From Longimicrobiales bacterium (GTDB lineage Bacteria > Gemmatimonadota > Gemmatimonadetes > Longimicrobiales > Gaopeijiaceae): DNA of 64,000 bases. This document shows, piece by piece, positions 26,887-37,633 of the stretch. Location: positions 256,001 through 320,000 of the forward strand of contig CBDDCX010000007.1 in the NCBI GenBank assembly GCA_965226375.1, read 5' to 3'. The position numbers were made by a program, and so were the translations under genes. How positions within the stretch are numbered: position 1 is the stretch's first letter; every line of letters starts with the position of its first letter. The notes beneath the pieces are model-generated. The model worked only from the letters and a program-made list of their open reading frames with translations. It did no database searches and was not told the origin of the DNA.

Positions 26887-27660
26887 CTACTCGCCGCTCG
26901 AACCGCCTTCGTCTTGCCCCGGATCGAGCGCCGCGGGCTCGGATCCACCCTCCTCCAGAGCTTTTTCCGCCGTCCGCGACGCCTCGTCCATGATGGCTCC
27001 CAACTTCCGACGGAATGCGACGCTCGTGCGGCTCCAGATCGTCCGAGCTACGATGAACGCGCTTCCGAGCGTGCTTCCGAAGATTCCAGCGACCCCAAGC
27101 GCGGTGGTAGGCTCAATGACCTTGGCAACGAGGATCAACGAGCCTAAAAGGGCGGCGAAGGTTGGGATGAAGTACGTGAGCGCATATGCGGTCCTCCGGT
27201 CTCCCAGCACCTCGATGGTCGTGCCCGTGTCACGGGCGCTGACGTTCACGAAGATCTGGCTCGGCTCTTCTATGGTTTGCCACTCCAAGGAGTCGAGAAC
27301 GTGCTCGGTTTTTCCTTGATGGCCCGCCGCCCGGCGGATCGCCTGTAGTATCCGGCTCTGAGCCTCTTCGGAAACCTTCCCGGGGAGCGTCCGCTCATGA
27401 CGATACCTGGCCGGCCCGCCGAAGAAGGCGACAAGCCTGTCGTGACTTTGCTCCGGTAGGCCGGCGGCGGCCCGTGCGACGGCCGTCGGATCGATTCCCG
27501 CCTCTCCGGCGATCTGCTGGATCTCGGACAGAGACAACCCGCCGCCGGGCCGTGCATCCCCCACCTCGCTGATCTCCGAGGCCCTTCGGAGGATCAACGC
27601 GAACTCCTCATCGGAGTAGCGGCGTCCTCCCTCGTCGTCCCCGCTCATGAAATTCTCCAT
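26887..27660 (-). CDS. Hypothetical membrane protein
   Basis: RRYSDEEFALILRRA...LSLSEIQQIAGEAGID N-terminus, two C-terminal TM helices. Confidence 0.8.
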   Translation of the reverse strand: MENFMSGDDEGGRRYSDEEFALILRRASEISEVGDARPGGGLSLSEIQQIAGEAGIDPTAVARAAAGLPEQSHDRLVAFFGGPARYRHERTLPGKVSEEAQSRILQAIRRAAGHQGKTEHVLDSLEWQTIEEPSQIFVNVSARDTGTTIEVLGDRRTAYALTYFIPTFAALLGSLILVAKVIEPTTALGVAGIFGSTLGSAFIVARTIWSRTSVAFRRKLGAIMDEASRTAEKALEEGGSEPAALDPGQDEGGSSGE

Positions 27661-27667
27661 GATATGC

Positions 27668-29383
27668 CTACGCCGACCCTCTGCCGTCTCTGCCGATAAG
27701 CTTGTTCAGCACGACCACGGGCACCAGGCCCACGGCGATGATGAGCAGTGCGGGCACGGCTGATTGGGTCAGCTGCTCATCCGTGGCGAGTTGGAAGGCG
27801 CGGGTGGCCAGTGTATCGAAGTTGAACGGGCGCAGGATGAGCGTGAGCGGTAGCTCCTTCAGCACGTCCACGAAGACCAGAAGGGCGGCGCTCAGAAGGG
27901 TCCCTTTGAGCAAGGGCAGGTCCACCTTCAGGAGCGTCTTGAACGGCGGCACCCCGAGCGACCTGGAGGTCTCGTCGAGATTGCCGCACAAGCGCTTGAA
28001 GCCCGACTCGAGCGGGTTGAGCGCCACGGCCAGGAAGCGCACGACATAGGCGAATGTGAGAGCCGCGAGTGTGCCACTCAGCAGGAGTCCAGTAGGGATA
28101 TCGAAGGTCGCCCTCATGAACGAATCGACCCGTCGATCCACCCACACGAACGGGATGAACACGCCCACGGCGATGACGGCTCCGGGAATCGAATAGCCGA
28201 GGACGGCTACCTTGGAGGCGAGTCGTAGGAGGGGCGTGGGGCTCAACCGAGTCGCATAGGAGATCAGCAGGGCTGCCAAGACCGCTGCACCTGCGGCCAC
28301 CAGGGCCAGCGAGAAGCTGTGAAGCGTGAGTTCGACGAAGCGTGCATCCAGCGCTCCGACACCGGATTTCGCCGCCCACCCCAGGAGCTGTAGGACCGGA
28401 ACCAAAAACCCCAGCGCGAGCGGAATGAGGCAGGCGGCGAACGAGAGCCATCGGCCCCTCGCTCCCAGCGTGCGCCGTACGTTCGGCCTGTAACCCCTGG
28501 CTCCGTCGTCGAAGCGAGCGCGGCCCCGCTGCGCCCGCTCGAAGATGATGAGCGAAAACACGAAGAGGAGAAGGATGCCGGACAGGCGCATGGCCGACAT
28601 GGGGTCGTTCAGGGGGAACCACGCCCGGAAGATCCCAGTCGTGAAGGTGGGTATGCCGAAGTATTTCACGGCCCCGTACTCGTTGAGCACTTCCATGAGA
28701 ACCAGCGTCAGACCGCCCACGACGGCCGGCCGGGACATGGGCAACGCCACCTTGAAGAAGGTGTTCCATGGTCCCCGCCCGAGGCTGCGAGCGGTCTCCA
28801 GGACAGCTCCCGACTGACGGACGAAAGAGGCCCGGGCGATTACGTACACGTAGGGGTAGAGCACCAGGGCCATCATGACCATGGCCCCCTCCCTCGACAT
28901 GATCGCCGCCCGGATCCGCCACGTCTCGCCGCCGGGCCACACAGCACCCAGGAGGCCTGACGTGGTGCTCCCGTACTCGAAGACCCCGGCATAGGTGTAG
29001 GCGATGATGTACGTGGGAATCGCCAGCGGCAGGACCAGGCTCCACTCGAACGTCCGTCGCCCCGGAAAGTCGTAGACCGACACCAGCCATGCCGGGGCCA
29101 GCCCGAGAACGAGGGCGAGAACGCCGACTCCCACCATGAGGAGCGCTGAATTCCCCACGTAGACCCAGAGGACCGTGCTGGCCAGGTGCTGCCAGATCTC
29201 GGTGCGAGGTCCAAAGACTCCCACCGAGATCACCAGCAGGGGGAGCGTCGTGAGCGTCACCACCACGAGGGCGGACACACTCCAGGGGGTGAGCCCGCCC
29301 CGGAACTCGCCGCGCGACTGACGCCAGAAAGCCCGGAGCGCGCTCCACGCGCTCCGGGCTCTCGGACGGATGGCCGCAGCCAT
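27668..29383 (-). CDS. Fe3+ ABC transporter permease (FbpB/FutB-like)
   Basis: Two EAA-like loops (ETARSLG, ETSRSLG), LPLAIPTYI, KELPLTLILRPFNFDTLA. Confidence 0.93.
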   Translation of the reverse strand: MAAAIRPRARSAWSALRAFWRQSRGEFRGGLTPWSVSALVVVTLTTLPLLVISVGVFGPRTEIWQHLASTVLWVYVGNSALLMVGVGVLALVLGLAPAWLVSVYDFPGRRTFEWSLVLPLAIPTYIIAYTYAGVFEYGSTTSGLLGAVWPGGETWRIRAAIMSREGAMVMMALVLYPYVYVIARASFVRQSGAVLETARSLGRGPWNTFFKVALPMSRPAVVGGLTLVLMEVLNEYGAVKYFGIPTFTTGIFRAWFPLNDPMSAMRLSGILLLFVFSLIIFERAQRGRARFDDGARGYRPNVRRTLGARGRWLSFAACLIPLALGFLVPVLQLLGWAAKSGVGALDARFVELTLHSFSLALVAAGAAVLAALLISYATRLSPTPLLRLASKVAVLGYSIPGAVIAVGVFIPFVWVDRRVDSFMRATFDIPTGLLLSGTLAALTFAYVVRFLAVALNPLESGFKRLCGNLDETSRSLGVPPFKTLLKVDLPLLKGTLLSAALLVFVDVLKELPLTLILRPFNFDTLATRAFQLATDEQLTQSAVPALLIIAVGLVPVVVLNKLIGRDGRGSA

Positions 29384-29410
29384 GCTCTCGGTCAGCCTAA
29401 ACCGCCATCC

Positions 29411-30463
29411 CTACCGCCACCCGGCCCGGTCGAAGATCATCACGGCACGCGCGTTGAGCTCCCCGAGCACGGACAGGTTCAGCGTGTCGGCACGGAACTC
29501 TCCCCACTCCTGAAGCGTCTCCGCCCAAGCGATGCCGGGTTTTACCGGATACTCGAAGTTGGCCTCGGCGTAGCTGGTCTGGGCCTCTGAATCGGTCAGG
29601 AATTCCAGCAGCCTGAGCGCGTTCTCGGGATTGGGCGAGTGCGCGGTGACGCCGGCGCCGCTCACGTTTACGTGAGCACCCCGATCGGCCTGGTTGGGGA
29701 AGAAGATCCCTACCTCTTGGGCCAACTCGCGGTCACCCTCGTCGTCCCCGTTGAGCAACAGCCCGACATAGTAGGTGTTGGTGATGGCCACGTCGCCGAC
29801 ACCGGCCGCCACGTCCTTGACCTGATCGCGATCCCCGCCCTGGGGGGACCGAGCCATGTTCCGTACCACACCCCGGGCCCACTCTTCCGCCGCGTCCTCT
29901 CCGTGGATGGCGATGATCGACGCCAGAAGCGACTGATTGTAGATGTTTTCCGAGCTTCGCACGAGAACACGGCCCCGCCACTTGGGATCGGCCAGGTCTT
30001 CGTAGGTCGAGAGCTCGTCGGGCGAAACCCGATCCAGCGAGTACGCGATGACGCGGCCTCTCTGTGTCAGCCCGTACCAGTAGCCCTCCGGATCCCTCAG
30101 GTGGGGGGGGACGTTTGCATCGAGTACCTCCGAGCCCGAGCCGCGGAGCAGATTGCGTTCCTTGGCCCGCTGTAGACGACCCGCGTCCACGGTGATCAGC
30201 AGATCGGCCTGTGTGCTCGCACCTTCGGTCTCGAGGCGGGTGATCAGCTCGTCGGCCGAGGCCGTCTGGATGTTGACCTGTATGCCTGTCAGCTCAGTGA
30301 AGCGGCGAAAAAGCTCCTGGTCCGTGTCGTAATGCCTATGACTGTAGACGTTGACGACGCCGGCGTCCTCTGGGACACCGTCCTGCTGTCCGTCTCCGGT
30401 GCAGGCGGCAAGAAGGGCCACTCCCATGAGGGTAAAGAGGCTCGAAGTATGCAACGGCTTCAT
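29411..30463 (-). CDS. Fe3+ ABC transporter substrate-binding lipoprotein (FutA-like)
   Basis: LAAC lipobox, VNVYSHRHY, TVDAGRL, NTYY. Confidence 0.93.
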   Translation of the reverse strand: MKPLHTSSLFTLMGVALLAACTGDGQQDGVPEDAGVVNVYSHRHYDTDQELFRRFTELTGIQVNIQTASADELITRLETEGASTQADLLITVDAGRLQRAKERNLLRGSGSEVLDANVPPHLRDPEGYWYGLTQRGRVIAYSLDRVSPDELSTYEDLADPKWRGRVLVRSSENIYNQSLLASIIAIHGEDAAEEWARGVVRNMARSPQGGDRDQVKDVAAGVGDVAITNTYYVGLLLNGDDEGDRELAQEVGIFFPNQADRGAHVNVSGAGVTAHSPNPENALRLLEFLTDSEAQTSYAEANFEYPVKPGIAWAETLQEWGEFRADTLNLSVLGELNARAVMIFDRAGWR

Positions 30464-30526
30464 GAACAGCTCTCCATGAGACGACGTGGAATCCAGAGTG
30501 AGAGGGGTAGTCCTCTGTTTCTCAGA

Positions 30527-30549
30527 TAGTTGAGAACGACTCTCAACTA
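30527..30549. promoter_or_regulatory. Fur/iron-regulator-like operator
   Basis: Perfect 9-5-9 inverted repeat TAGTTGAGA-acgac-TCTCAACTA upstream of the iron transporter. Confidence 0.65.
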
Positions 30550-30727
30550 GTCGCAGGAAGATCGACTCTATGGGCCAGGCAGGCAAGAGATGGCGCGCAT
30601 AAGTCTTCAGTGGGGATCAATGGCGTCGACTCCAGGACGCCGGTATCTTTCGGGCTCCACAGGGGAGCCTTGTTTGAGGCGGAGCCTGCCTAATTCGACA
30701 CTTCACGACCCTGCACCGGAGCGTTCC

Positions 30728-31966
30728 TTGACCGAATACACCTACGCCACCGTCCCGGCGGATGGCGAGAAGATCACGATAGACGGTGGCAAGCCGGTCG
30801 TACCGGCCCAACCGATCATCCCGTTCATCGAGGGAGACGGGATCGGTCCCGATATCTGGCGCGCCACGCAGGCCGTTGTCGACGCGTCGGTCGCCAAGGT
30901 CTATGAGGGCGAGCGGCGGATCGCGTGGATGGAGGTCTACGCGGGCGAGAAGGCGAACGACAAGACCGGCGAGTGGTTGCCCGAGGAGACCTTCGAGGCT
31001 CTCCGAGAGTTCAAGGTCGGGATCAAGGGACCCCTGACCACACCGGTCGGTGGGGGCATCCGATCGCTCAACGTCACGATTCGCCAGGTCCTCGATCTCT
31101 ATTCCTGCATTCGGCCGGTCCGGTGGATCAAGGGAGTGCCTTCGCCGATGAAGGAGCCCGAGAAACTCGACGTGATCATCTACCGTGAGAACACCGAGGA
31201 CGTATACGCCGGCATCGAGTGGGTTTCCGGCAGCGCCGACGCCAACCGCGTCAGGGCGTTTCTGGTCGACGAGATGGGCGTCTCCATCCGTGAAGAGAGC
31301 GGCATCGGGATCAAGCCGATGAGCCCCTTCGGCACCAAGCGACACGTGGCTGCCGCCATTCGCTACGCCCTCGAGCGGAACCGCAGGCTCGTCACGCTGG
31401 TCCACAAGGGGAACATCATGAAGTTCACCGAGGGGGCGTTCAGAGACTGGGGATACGAGGTGGCCGCAGAGGAGTTCTCCGATACCACGATCGCCGAACC
31501 CGCGGTCTGGGAAGGCGCCGATCCTGCCGGAAAGCTACTCGTCAACGACCGGATCGCCGACGCCATGTTTCAGCAGGTGCTTCTGCGCCCGGACGAGTAC
31601 GACGTGCTCGTGACCCCGAACCTCAATGGCGACTACCTTTCCGATGCCTGCGCCGCGCAGGTCGGCGGTCTCGGCATGGCGCCCGGTGCAAACGTGGGCG
31701 ACGAGATTGCAGTGTTCGAGGCTACGCACGGTACGGCCCCGAAGTACTCGGACCTGGACAAGGTGAATCCTGGTTCGCTGATACTGTCCGCCGTGATGAT
31801 GCTCGAGCATGTCGGTTGGAACGAAGCGGCCGAGGCGGTGAACAGAGGCATAGAGGGAGCGATCGACGCCAAGACCGTAACCTATGACCTGGAACGTCAG
31901 ATGGAGGGGGCCACCCTATTGAAGACCTCCGAGTTCGGCCAGGCGATCATTGCCCACATGCGATAA
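30728..31966 (+). CDS. icd: Isocitrate dehydrogenase (NADP+)
   Basis: [44 protein letters not shown]. Confidence 0.96.
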   Translation: MTEYTYATVPADGEKITIDGGKPVVPAQPIIPFIEGDGIGPDIWRATQAVVDASVAKVYEGERRIAWMEVYAGEKANDKTGEWLPEETFEALREFKVGIKGPLTTPVGGGIRSLNVTIRQVLDLYSCIRPVRWIKGVPSPMKEPEKLDVIIYRENTEDVYAGIEWVSGSADANRVRAFLVDEMGVSIREESGIGIKPMSPFGTKRHVAAAIRYALERNRRLVTLVHKGNIMKFTEGAFRDWGYEVAAEEFSDTTIAEPAVWEGADPAGKLLVNDRIADAMFQQVLLRPDEYDVLVTPNLNGDYLSDACAAQVGGLGMAPGANVGDEIAVFEATHGTAPKYSDLDKVNPGSLILSAVMMLEHVGWNEAAEAVNRGIEGAIDAKTVTYDLERQMEGATLLKTSEFGQAIIAHMR

Positions 31967-31976
31967 GAAAGACCCA

Positions 31977-33470
31977 ATGAACATTCATCTCGTCTCTTCG
32001 GCCGGCGCCGCCGGCCATGACATACCGTTGTTGACCGTTCCCGTCTTCGAGACCGAGGACGGAGCGGCTCCGGTTCTTCCCGCGGATCTCGAGCAGGTCG
32101 CCTCCGGGTCGTACCTGGCCGAAGACCTCAAGGGCAAGCTGGGTGAGTCCGTTGTCGCCTACCTGGGGGGGGATGAGGGCCCCCGTCGGCTTCTTTTGTT
32201 GGGCGCCGGGAAAGCGGCGGATCTCGATGCCGAGTCGCTTCGACGGTGGGCCGGCCACGCGGTTCGAGCGGCGGAGTCGATCGGTGTAGCGGGGATCGGT
32301 GTGTACCTGGGGGGGATGGAGAACGCCGGGTCGGAGCACGCCGGACAGGCGACCACGGAGGGGGCCGTCTTGGCGGCCTGGCGTTTCACGGAGATGAAGA
32401 GCACCCCCGCCGGAGACGATCCACCCACCGAGGTGGCCGACTTCACGGTCATGGCCGAACCACAAGAGCTGGAAGAGGCGGGGCGGGGCGCAGAGGCCGG
32501 GGCGATCATCGGCCGGGCGGCCAACTTCGCTCGCACGCTCCAGTCGCGACCGGGCAACGTTGCGACGCCGACCCACCTGGGCGACGAGGCCTCGAGAATG
32601 GCCGCAGAGCGGGGGCTCGACGTCACCGTGATGGGGCCGGACGAGCTCCGGGGGGAACACATGCACGCTCTCCTCGCCGTGGCTCAGGGCTCGGACCAGG
32701 AGCCGAGACTGATCGTCCTCCGACATGACGGTGGGGAAGAGGGCGCCGCTCCGTTGGTCCTGGTGGGGAAGGGGCTCACCTTCGACGCGGGCGGAATCTC
32801 CATCAAACCCGCTTCGGGCATGGAGGACATGATCTTCGATATGTCCGGTGGAGCCGCGGTCATCGGCGCCATGCAGGCCGTGGCAGAGCTGAAGGTGCCG
32901 CTGAACGTGGTGGGCATCGTGCCGTCGTCGGAAAACCTTCTCAACGGGAGCGCCCTCAAGCCCGGGGACATCATCGGATCCCGCGAGGGCAAGACGATCG
33001 AGGTCGTCAATACCGATGCGGAAGGTCGCCTGATCCTGGCCGACGCCCTCTCGTACGCGCAGAGCCTGGGGCCTGCCGCCATCGTCGACTGTGCCACGTT
33101 GACCGGTTCCGTGGTCATCGCGTTGGGGCATCACGCGGCCGCGGTCATAGGCACGGACGGTGATCTGGTGGACGAGCTCCGCGCGGCCGGAGACCAGGCC
33201 GGTGAGCGATGTTGGCCACTCCCGTTGTGGGACGAATATCGCCGGCAGATCGACAGCAAGGTGGCCGACATCGTTAATGTCGGTGGGCGCCCGGGAGGGA
33301 GTATCACGGCGGCCGCCTTTCTCAGTGAGTTCGTGGGGGACTGTACGTGGGCCCACCTGGACATCGCGGGCACCGCCTACGGAGAGGGCAAGCTCCCCTA
33401 TCAGCGCAAGGGGGCCGCGGGCTTCCCGACAAGGCTGCTCGTTCAATGGGTTCGGAGCCGGGCGGCGTGA
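31977..33470 (+). CDS. pepA: Leucyl aminopeptidase (M17)
   Basis: GKGLTFDAGG, DMSG, NTDAEGRL, HLDIAGT. Confidence 0.95.
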   Translation: MNIHLVSSAGAAGHDIPLLTVPVFETEDGAAPVLPADLEQVASGSYLAEDLKGKLGESVVAYLGGDEGPRRLLLLGAGKAADLDAESLRRWAGHAVRAAESIGVAGIGVYLGGMENAGSEHAGQATTEGAVLAAWRFTEMKSTPAGDDPPTEVADFTVMAEPQELEEAGRGAEAGAIIGRAANFARTLQSRPGNVATPTHLGDEASRMAAERGLDVTVMGPDELRGEHMHALLAVAQGSDQEPRLIVLRHDGGEEGAAPLVLVGKGLTFDAGGISIKPASGMEDMIFDMSGGAAVIGAMQAVAELKVPLNVVGIVPSSENLLNGSALKPGDIIGSREGKTIEVVNTDAEGRLILADALSYAQSLGPAAIVDCATLTGSVVIALGHHAAAVIGTDGDLVDELRAAGDQAGERCWPLPLWDEYRRQIDSKVADIVNVGGRPGGSITAAAFLSEFVGDCTWAHLDIAGTAYGEGKLPYQRKGAAGFPTRLLVQWVRSRAA

Positions 33471-35587
33471 CGCCAGCGTCACGCCGCGTATACGCGCCCC
33501 GGGCCCCGACGGCCGGGGCGCGGCGCGTTTGGTACCGCGCCGCGAGAGCGCGGCGCGTTTTGTACTTGGCTCTCGGGGTGGTACTCGCCGGAGTCTTGAT
33601 GCCTCGGATGGCGAGCGCGCAGGTGACCGACACCATCCCGGTGGCGGATACCCTACAGGTGGTGGACAGCCTACAGGTGGCGGACAGTCTGCTTGCCCCG
33701 CCCGACTCACTGCGGCCCGTGACTCCGGACTCGCTGCGACCGGTGCTGACTGAGGCAGAACAGCAGGCGCTCGACTCCCTCGCGGCGGTGGTCGACTGGC
33801 TGACCCAGCAGGTGGACACCTTCCCTCGCTTTCCCGCAGGCGTCGGGCCTTCATGGGAAGCCGCCGTGTGGAGTTGGGATCGTGCGGCGTTGAGGGCTAC
33901 CCGAGCCATAACGCTCGCCGAGTTGGTCAGTCACATTCCCGGAGTGATCCCGTTGAAAGGAGGTGACTACGGCACCCCGCAGTTCGTCACGGCGTTCGGC
34001 GTGGCTGGAGGACGCATCAGAGTTCTCTGGGACGGCTTCGAATGGCTCCCTCTGGAAGGCGGCGTGGCCGACCTCTCGCGCATAGGCCTAGGCGGGCTCG
34101 AGGAGGTGCGCGTGGAGCGTCATCCCGGCGAACTGCGCATCGAGATTCGCACCCTGGAACCCACGGACCCCGAGCCTGTGACGTCGTTGGATGTGGGCAC
34201 CGGTGACTTGGGCACCAACCTGCTCCGCGGTGTCCTTGCCCATCCCCACACGCTCGGTGGGTCCCTCACCTTCACGCTGGACCGGTTGGAGACCCGCGGT
34301 CCGGCCCTCGACGCCGCCGGTGCCTTGAGTGGAGTCGGGCTTAGATACGCCCTCGCCCGTAACAAGCGGGGCGGGGTGTCGGCGGAGTTCCGACGATTCG
34401 CCGCCAAGAGCTCGGTCGAGGACTTTTCGACCACGCTCACCCGTAATGACTGGAATGTGAGAGGAAGATGGCGCTTTACCGAGGACGTGATCGGTGAAGC
34501 GTTCGGGGGAGCTTCGTCGATCTCCGGTGATGCCGACGATCCCGTGTTCGGCGGTGTGGCCGTCAAACGCTCTCAACTCGGACTCCGTGCCGGCTACGAG
34601 AGGGGGGGAGTGTGGGGGAACGGGACTGCCCGGTTCTTGGACGGTGACGGTCTGCCGACCGGTACGTACGAGTTGGCGGTGGGCGGTTCCCACCCGCGGG
34701 CGCTTTCGGTCGATGGTTCCCTGCGTCTGGAGAGCTGGTCCGAGGAGAGCGCTTCATCCTGGAGGGCTCGTGTCACGACGGCACCGGTTCTGGGGGTGTC
34801 CCTATTCGCCTCCTATGAGGATGGCAGGAGCGGTGTGCCCTTCGTGGGCGATTTCGAGGAATACCTCCGATCTCTAGAGCCGCCGCCGGAGGATTCGCTG
34901 GGCGTGGAGCCCGACCCGGAGCCACAAGACAGCGTCCAGCCGCTCGAAGAGCCAGTGGCTCGGTTCACGGACCGGACCGGTATACGGGCCGGAGCGACCC
35001 TCGCCTGGCGGACGCTAAGCTTGTCTGGAGCCTGGCTCTCGATGGAGACCGATTCGCTCCGCCCCCTGGGCCTTCCCCTCGATCGGGGTGCGATAGCCCT
35101 TGAAGGCGAAGAGCGGACGGGCTACGAGCTGTCCGCCAGCCTACCCCTCCCGATCCCGGGCTTCCGGGTCGACGCGGCCGTACAGTCGTGGGACCAGGAG
35201 TTGCCCTACCTCCCCAAGCGAACCTGGGACGGGTCCATCACGTACCACCGTGTCTTCAAGGAATCGAGTAATCTCGAGCTTTGGGGGACGCTCGGAGTGA
35301 CCGGTCACGAGGGCATGCTCATCCCCATCGTCGATCCGGATCCGCCGCCGGACGATCCCTTGGACACACCTGGGGAAGATCCCGACGAGGAGCCGAGTGG
35401 ACCGATTCTGCTGCGTATGCCCCTCTACAGGGACGTATACGCGCTGATTCAGGTACGGGTCGTGACTGTGAACATCTTCGTGCGCGTCGAGAACGTCGCG
35501 GGCAAGGCAGACAACTTCGATTTTCCCGATCGTCAGCAGCCCCGCTTCCGCACCTTGTACGGGGTACGTTGGACCTTGAATAATTAG
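33467..35587 (+). CDS. Outer-membrane protein with TonB-dependent-receptor-like plug domain
   Basis: Signal peptide, DSL-rich linker, TLAELVSHIPGV plug-like motif, C-terminal YGVRW. Confidence 0.7.
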   Translation: MTPASRRVYAPRAPTAGARRVWYRAARARRVLYLALGVVLAGVLMPRMASAQVTDTIPVADTLQVVDSLQVADSLLAPPDSLRPVTPDSLRPVLTEAEQQALDSLAAVVDWLTQQVDTFPRFPAGVGPSWEAAVWSWDRAALRATRAITLAELVSHIPGVIPLKGGDYGTPQFVTAFGVAGGRIRVLWDGFEWLPLEGGVADLSRIGLGGLEEVRVERHPGELRIEIRTLEPTDPEPVTSLDVGTGDLGTNLLRGVLAHPHTLGGSLTFTLDRLETRGPALDAAGALSGVGLRYALARNKRGGVSAEFRRFAAKSSVEDFSTTLTRNDWNVRGRWRFTEDVIGEAFGGASSISGDADDPVFGGVAVKRSQLGLRAGYERGGVWGNGTARFLDGDGLPTGTYELAVGGSHPRALSVDGSLRLESWSEESASSWRARVTTAPVLGVSLFASYEDGRSGVPFVGDFEEYLRSLEPPPEDSLGVEPDPEPQDSVQPLEEPVARFTDRTGIRAGATLAWRTLSLSGAWLSMETDSLRPLGLPLDRGAIALEGEERTGYELSASLPLPIPGFRVDAAVQSWDQELPYLPKRTWDGSITYHRVFKESSNLELWGTLGVTGHEGMLIPIVDPDPPPDDPLDTPGEDPDEEPSGPILLRMPLYRDVYALIQVRVVTVNIFVRVENVAGKADNFDFPDRQQPRFRTLYGVRWTLNN

Positions 35588-35670
35588 ATGGATCCGGTCC
35601 ATGGCGGGCCTGCCGAGAGGGCTCGCCCGAGGTATGATCCTCTCTCACCGATTGATAGGGAAGTTCTGAC

Positions 35671-36564
35671 ATGATTCGAAGCATGACCGGGTTCGGCGAG
35701 GCCGAGGAGGTCACCGACGCCGGCTTGGTGCGTGTCGAGATGAAGACGGTGAACCATCGGTTCTTCAACGCGAGCCTGCGGACACCGCCCGGTTTCGACC
35801 GGCTAGAGGCAGAGATTCAGTCGTGGATGCGCTCTGTCATCGGGCGCGGCCATGTGACGTACAGCCTTGCCTTGGACCGGGGTCTCGCCGCCCAGGACCA
35901 GGAGCTTCCGGAACTCGATCTCGATAAGGCCACGCGGTACAAGGAGTTGCTCGAAACCCTCAGACATGATCTGGATCTCGAAGGGGCGGTCGAATTGTCG
36001 CACGTGGCCCGCTTCGGGGAGATCTTTCGGGCTCCGATTCCGTCGAGCCCCTCGGCCGATGTGGACGACGCCCTGGTCAAGAGGCTCACGGAACAGGCGG
36101 CCGCCGCGGTCGTCCGCATGCGCGAAACCGAGGGGGCCAGACTGCAGGCCGATCTCGAGGAGCGGCTGACCGCTATCCTCGCGCATCTGGCCGTCATAGA
36201 GCGACGCGCACCTGAGCGCCTGATCCAAGAACGGAATCGGCTTCGCGAGGCGGTCGCCGAGCTCATGGAGGGCCACCCCGCCGACGAGGACCGGCTGGCA
36301 CGAGAGATCGCCTACCTGGCTGAGAAGTGGGACATCAACGAAGAGCTCGTGCGTTTCCGATCCCACGTCGAACTCTTTGGTGAGACGCTGGCGAGCGATT
36401 CCGCGGAGCCGGTTGGCAAACGTCTGGGATTCGTGATCCAGGAGATGAACCGGGAGGCCAACACCATCGGGTCCAAGGCCAACGACTCGGAGATCAGTCA
36501 GGCGGCCGTGTCACTCAAGGAAGAGATCGAGCGTCTCCGCGAGCAGTTGGAGAACGTGGAGTGA
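35671..36564 (+). CDS. yicC: YicC/YloC-family endoribonuclease
   Basis: MIRSMTGFG, VNHRF, QEMNREANTIGSK, REQLENVE. Confidence 0.95.
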   Translation: MIRSMTGFGEAEEVTDAGLVRVEMKTVNHRFFNASLRTPPGFDRLEAEIQSWMRSVIGRGHVTYSLALDRGLAAQDQELPELDLDKATRYKELLETLRHDLDLEGAVELSHVARFGEIFRAPIPSSPSADVDDALVKRLTEQAAAAVVRMRETEGARLQADLEERLTAILAHLAVIERRAPERLIQERNRLREAVAELMEGHPADEDRLAREIAYLAEKWDINEELVRFRSHVELFGETLASDSAEPVGKRLGFVIQEMNREANTIGSKANDSEISQAAVSLKEEIERLREQLENVE

Positions 36565-37229
36565 GCTCGGACGGCCTCCGTGCACCTGCGCTGGTCCTGT
36601 CGGCGCCGAGTGGGGCGGGCAAGACCTCGATCGCAAAGGCCCTGGTCAGAGGGTGGGACGACTCAGTGTTTTCGGTTTCCGCCACGACTCGCCCGGCCAG
36701 GGAGCACGAGACCGAGGGTGTGCACTACCACTTCCTGGAAGAGTCCGACTTCCAGGCGATGCTGGACGCCGGCCAACTGTTGGAGTGGGCCGAGGTGCAC
36801 GGCCACATGTACGGTACGCCGATAGCCAACCTCGATGCTGCGAGGCGGGAAGGGATGCACCTCATCTTGGACATCGACGTCCAGGGGGCCATGCAAGTCC
36901 GCACCCGTGTCTCTGACGCGTTGCTGGTCTTTGTGCTTCCGCCCTCGGCCGACGCACTGGTCCACCGTCTCAGAGGGCGGGGAACCGAGAACGACGAGAT
37001 CGTCGAGCGCCGGCTGCGAAACGCCCGGGGGGAGCTAGAGCGGGCTTTCGACTTCGACCATGTGGTGGTCAACGAGAATCTCGATCAGGCGGTGGCAGAA
37101 GTAAGGGCCATCTCGCTCGGCGAGGCGACTCCGGCCTCGGGGGCCATCGACTTATCGGGCACGATTCGCGAACTTCAAAGGCGAATCGACGAAATCCTCG
37201 CGGCGGGCTTCAACTCCGCTTCGAACTGA
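36561..37229 (+). CDS. gmk: Guanylate kinase
   Basis: APSGAGKT, SATTR, YGT, DIDVQGA. Confidence 0.96.
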   Translation: MSSDGLRAPALVLSAPSGAGKTSIAKALVRGWDDSVFSVSATTRPAREHETEGVHYHFLEESDFQAMLDAGQLLEWAEVHGHMYGTPIANLDAARREGMHLILDIDVQGAMQVRTRVSDALLVFVLPPSADALVHRLRGRGTENDEIVERRLRNARGELERAFDFDHVVVNENLDQAVAEVRAISLGEATPASGAIDLSGTIRELQRRIDEILAAGFNSASN

Positions 37230-37308
37230 GGTACGTTAAGTGCCTTTCCGGCTCGATTCGCGAGCTTCAAAGGCGAATCGACGAAATCCTCGCGGCGGGC
37301 TTCAACTC
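37162..37308 (+). repeat. 55 bp direct duplication of the gmk 3' end (37162-37216 and 37254-37308)
   Basis: 54/55 identical. Confidence 0.92.
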
Positions 37309-37368
37309 TGCCCCGAGATGAAGTACCCTAAGTCATTGTCATAATTGAACGTAAGAGGGAGTTGGCTG

Positions 37369-37584
37369 ATGCGCGTATTCACACCCGACGAGTCTGCTAA
37401 GCACACCCAGAGCAAGTATCTCGGCGTGCTCGTCGCAGCGAAGTACGCTCGGGAGCTCAACGCGTTGCCGAGGGAAACGCTCCCTCTCGGTGAGGAGAAG
37501 AAGCTCACCACCAAGTCGCTGGAGGCACTCACCTCCGGACAGATCGAGTTCCGCCTGGTAGGACGCCGGAAGCGGGAGGATTAA
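37369..37584 (+). CDS. rpoZ: RNA polymerase omega subunit
   Basis: SKYLGVLVAAKYARELN; lies between gmk and coaBC. Confidence 0.88.
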   Translation: MRVFTPDESAKHTQSKYLGVLVAAKYARELNALPRETLPLGEEKKLTTKSLEALTSGQIEFRLVGRRKRED

Positions 37585-37633
37585 CCTCCACCGGCGGTAG
37601 CCCGGTCAGCGCTGCGAAAGAGAGCGAGGGACC

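Noticed and set aside
27777..33854. Long alternative-frame or antisense ORFs (e.g. 27777-29348, 31947-33854; also 11905-13323, 25429-26712)
   Set aside because: Shadow ORFs of well-supported genes, expected at high GC, with no recognisable motifs.
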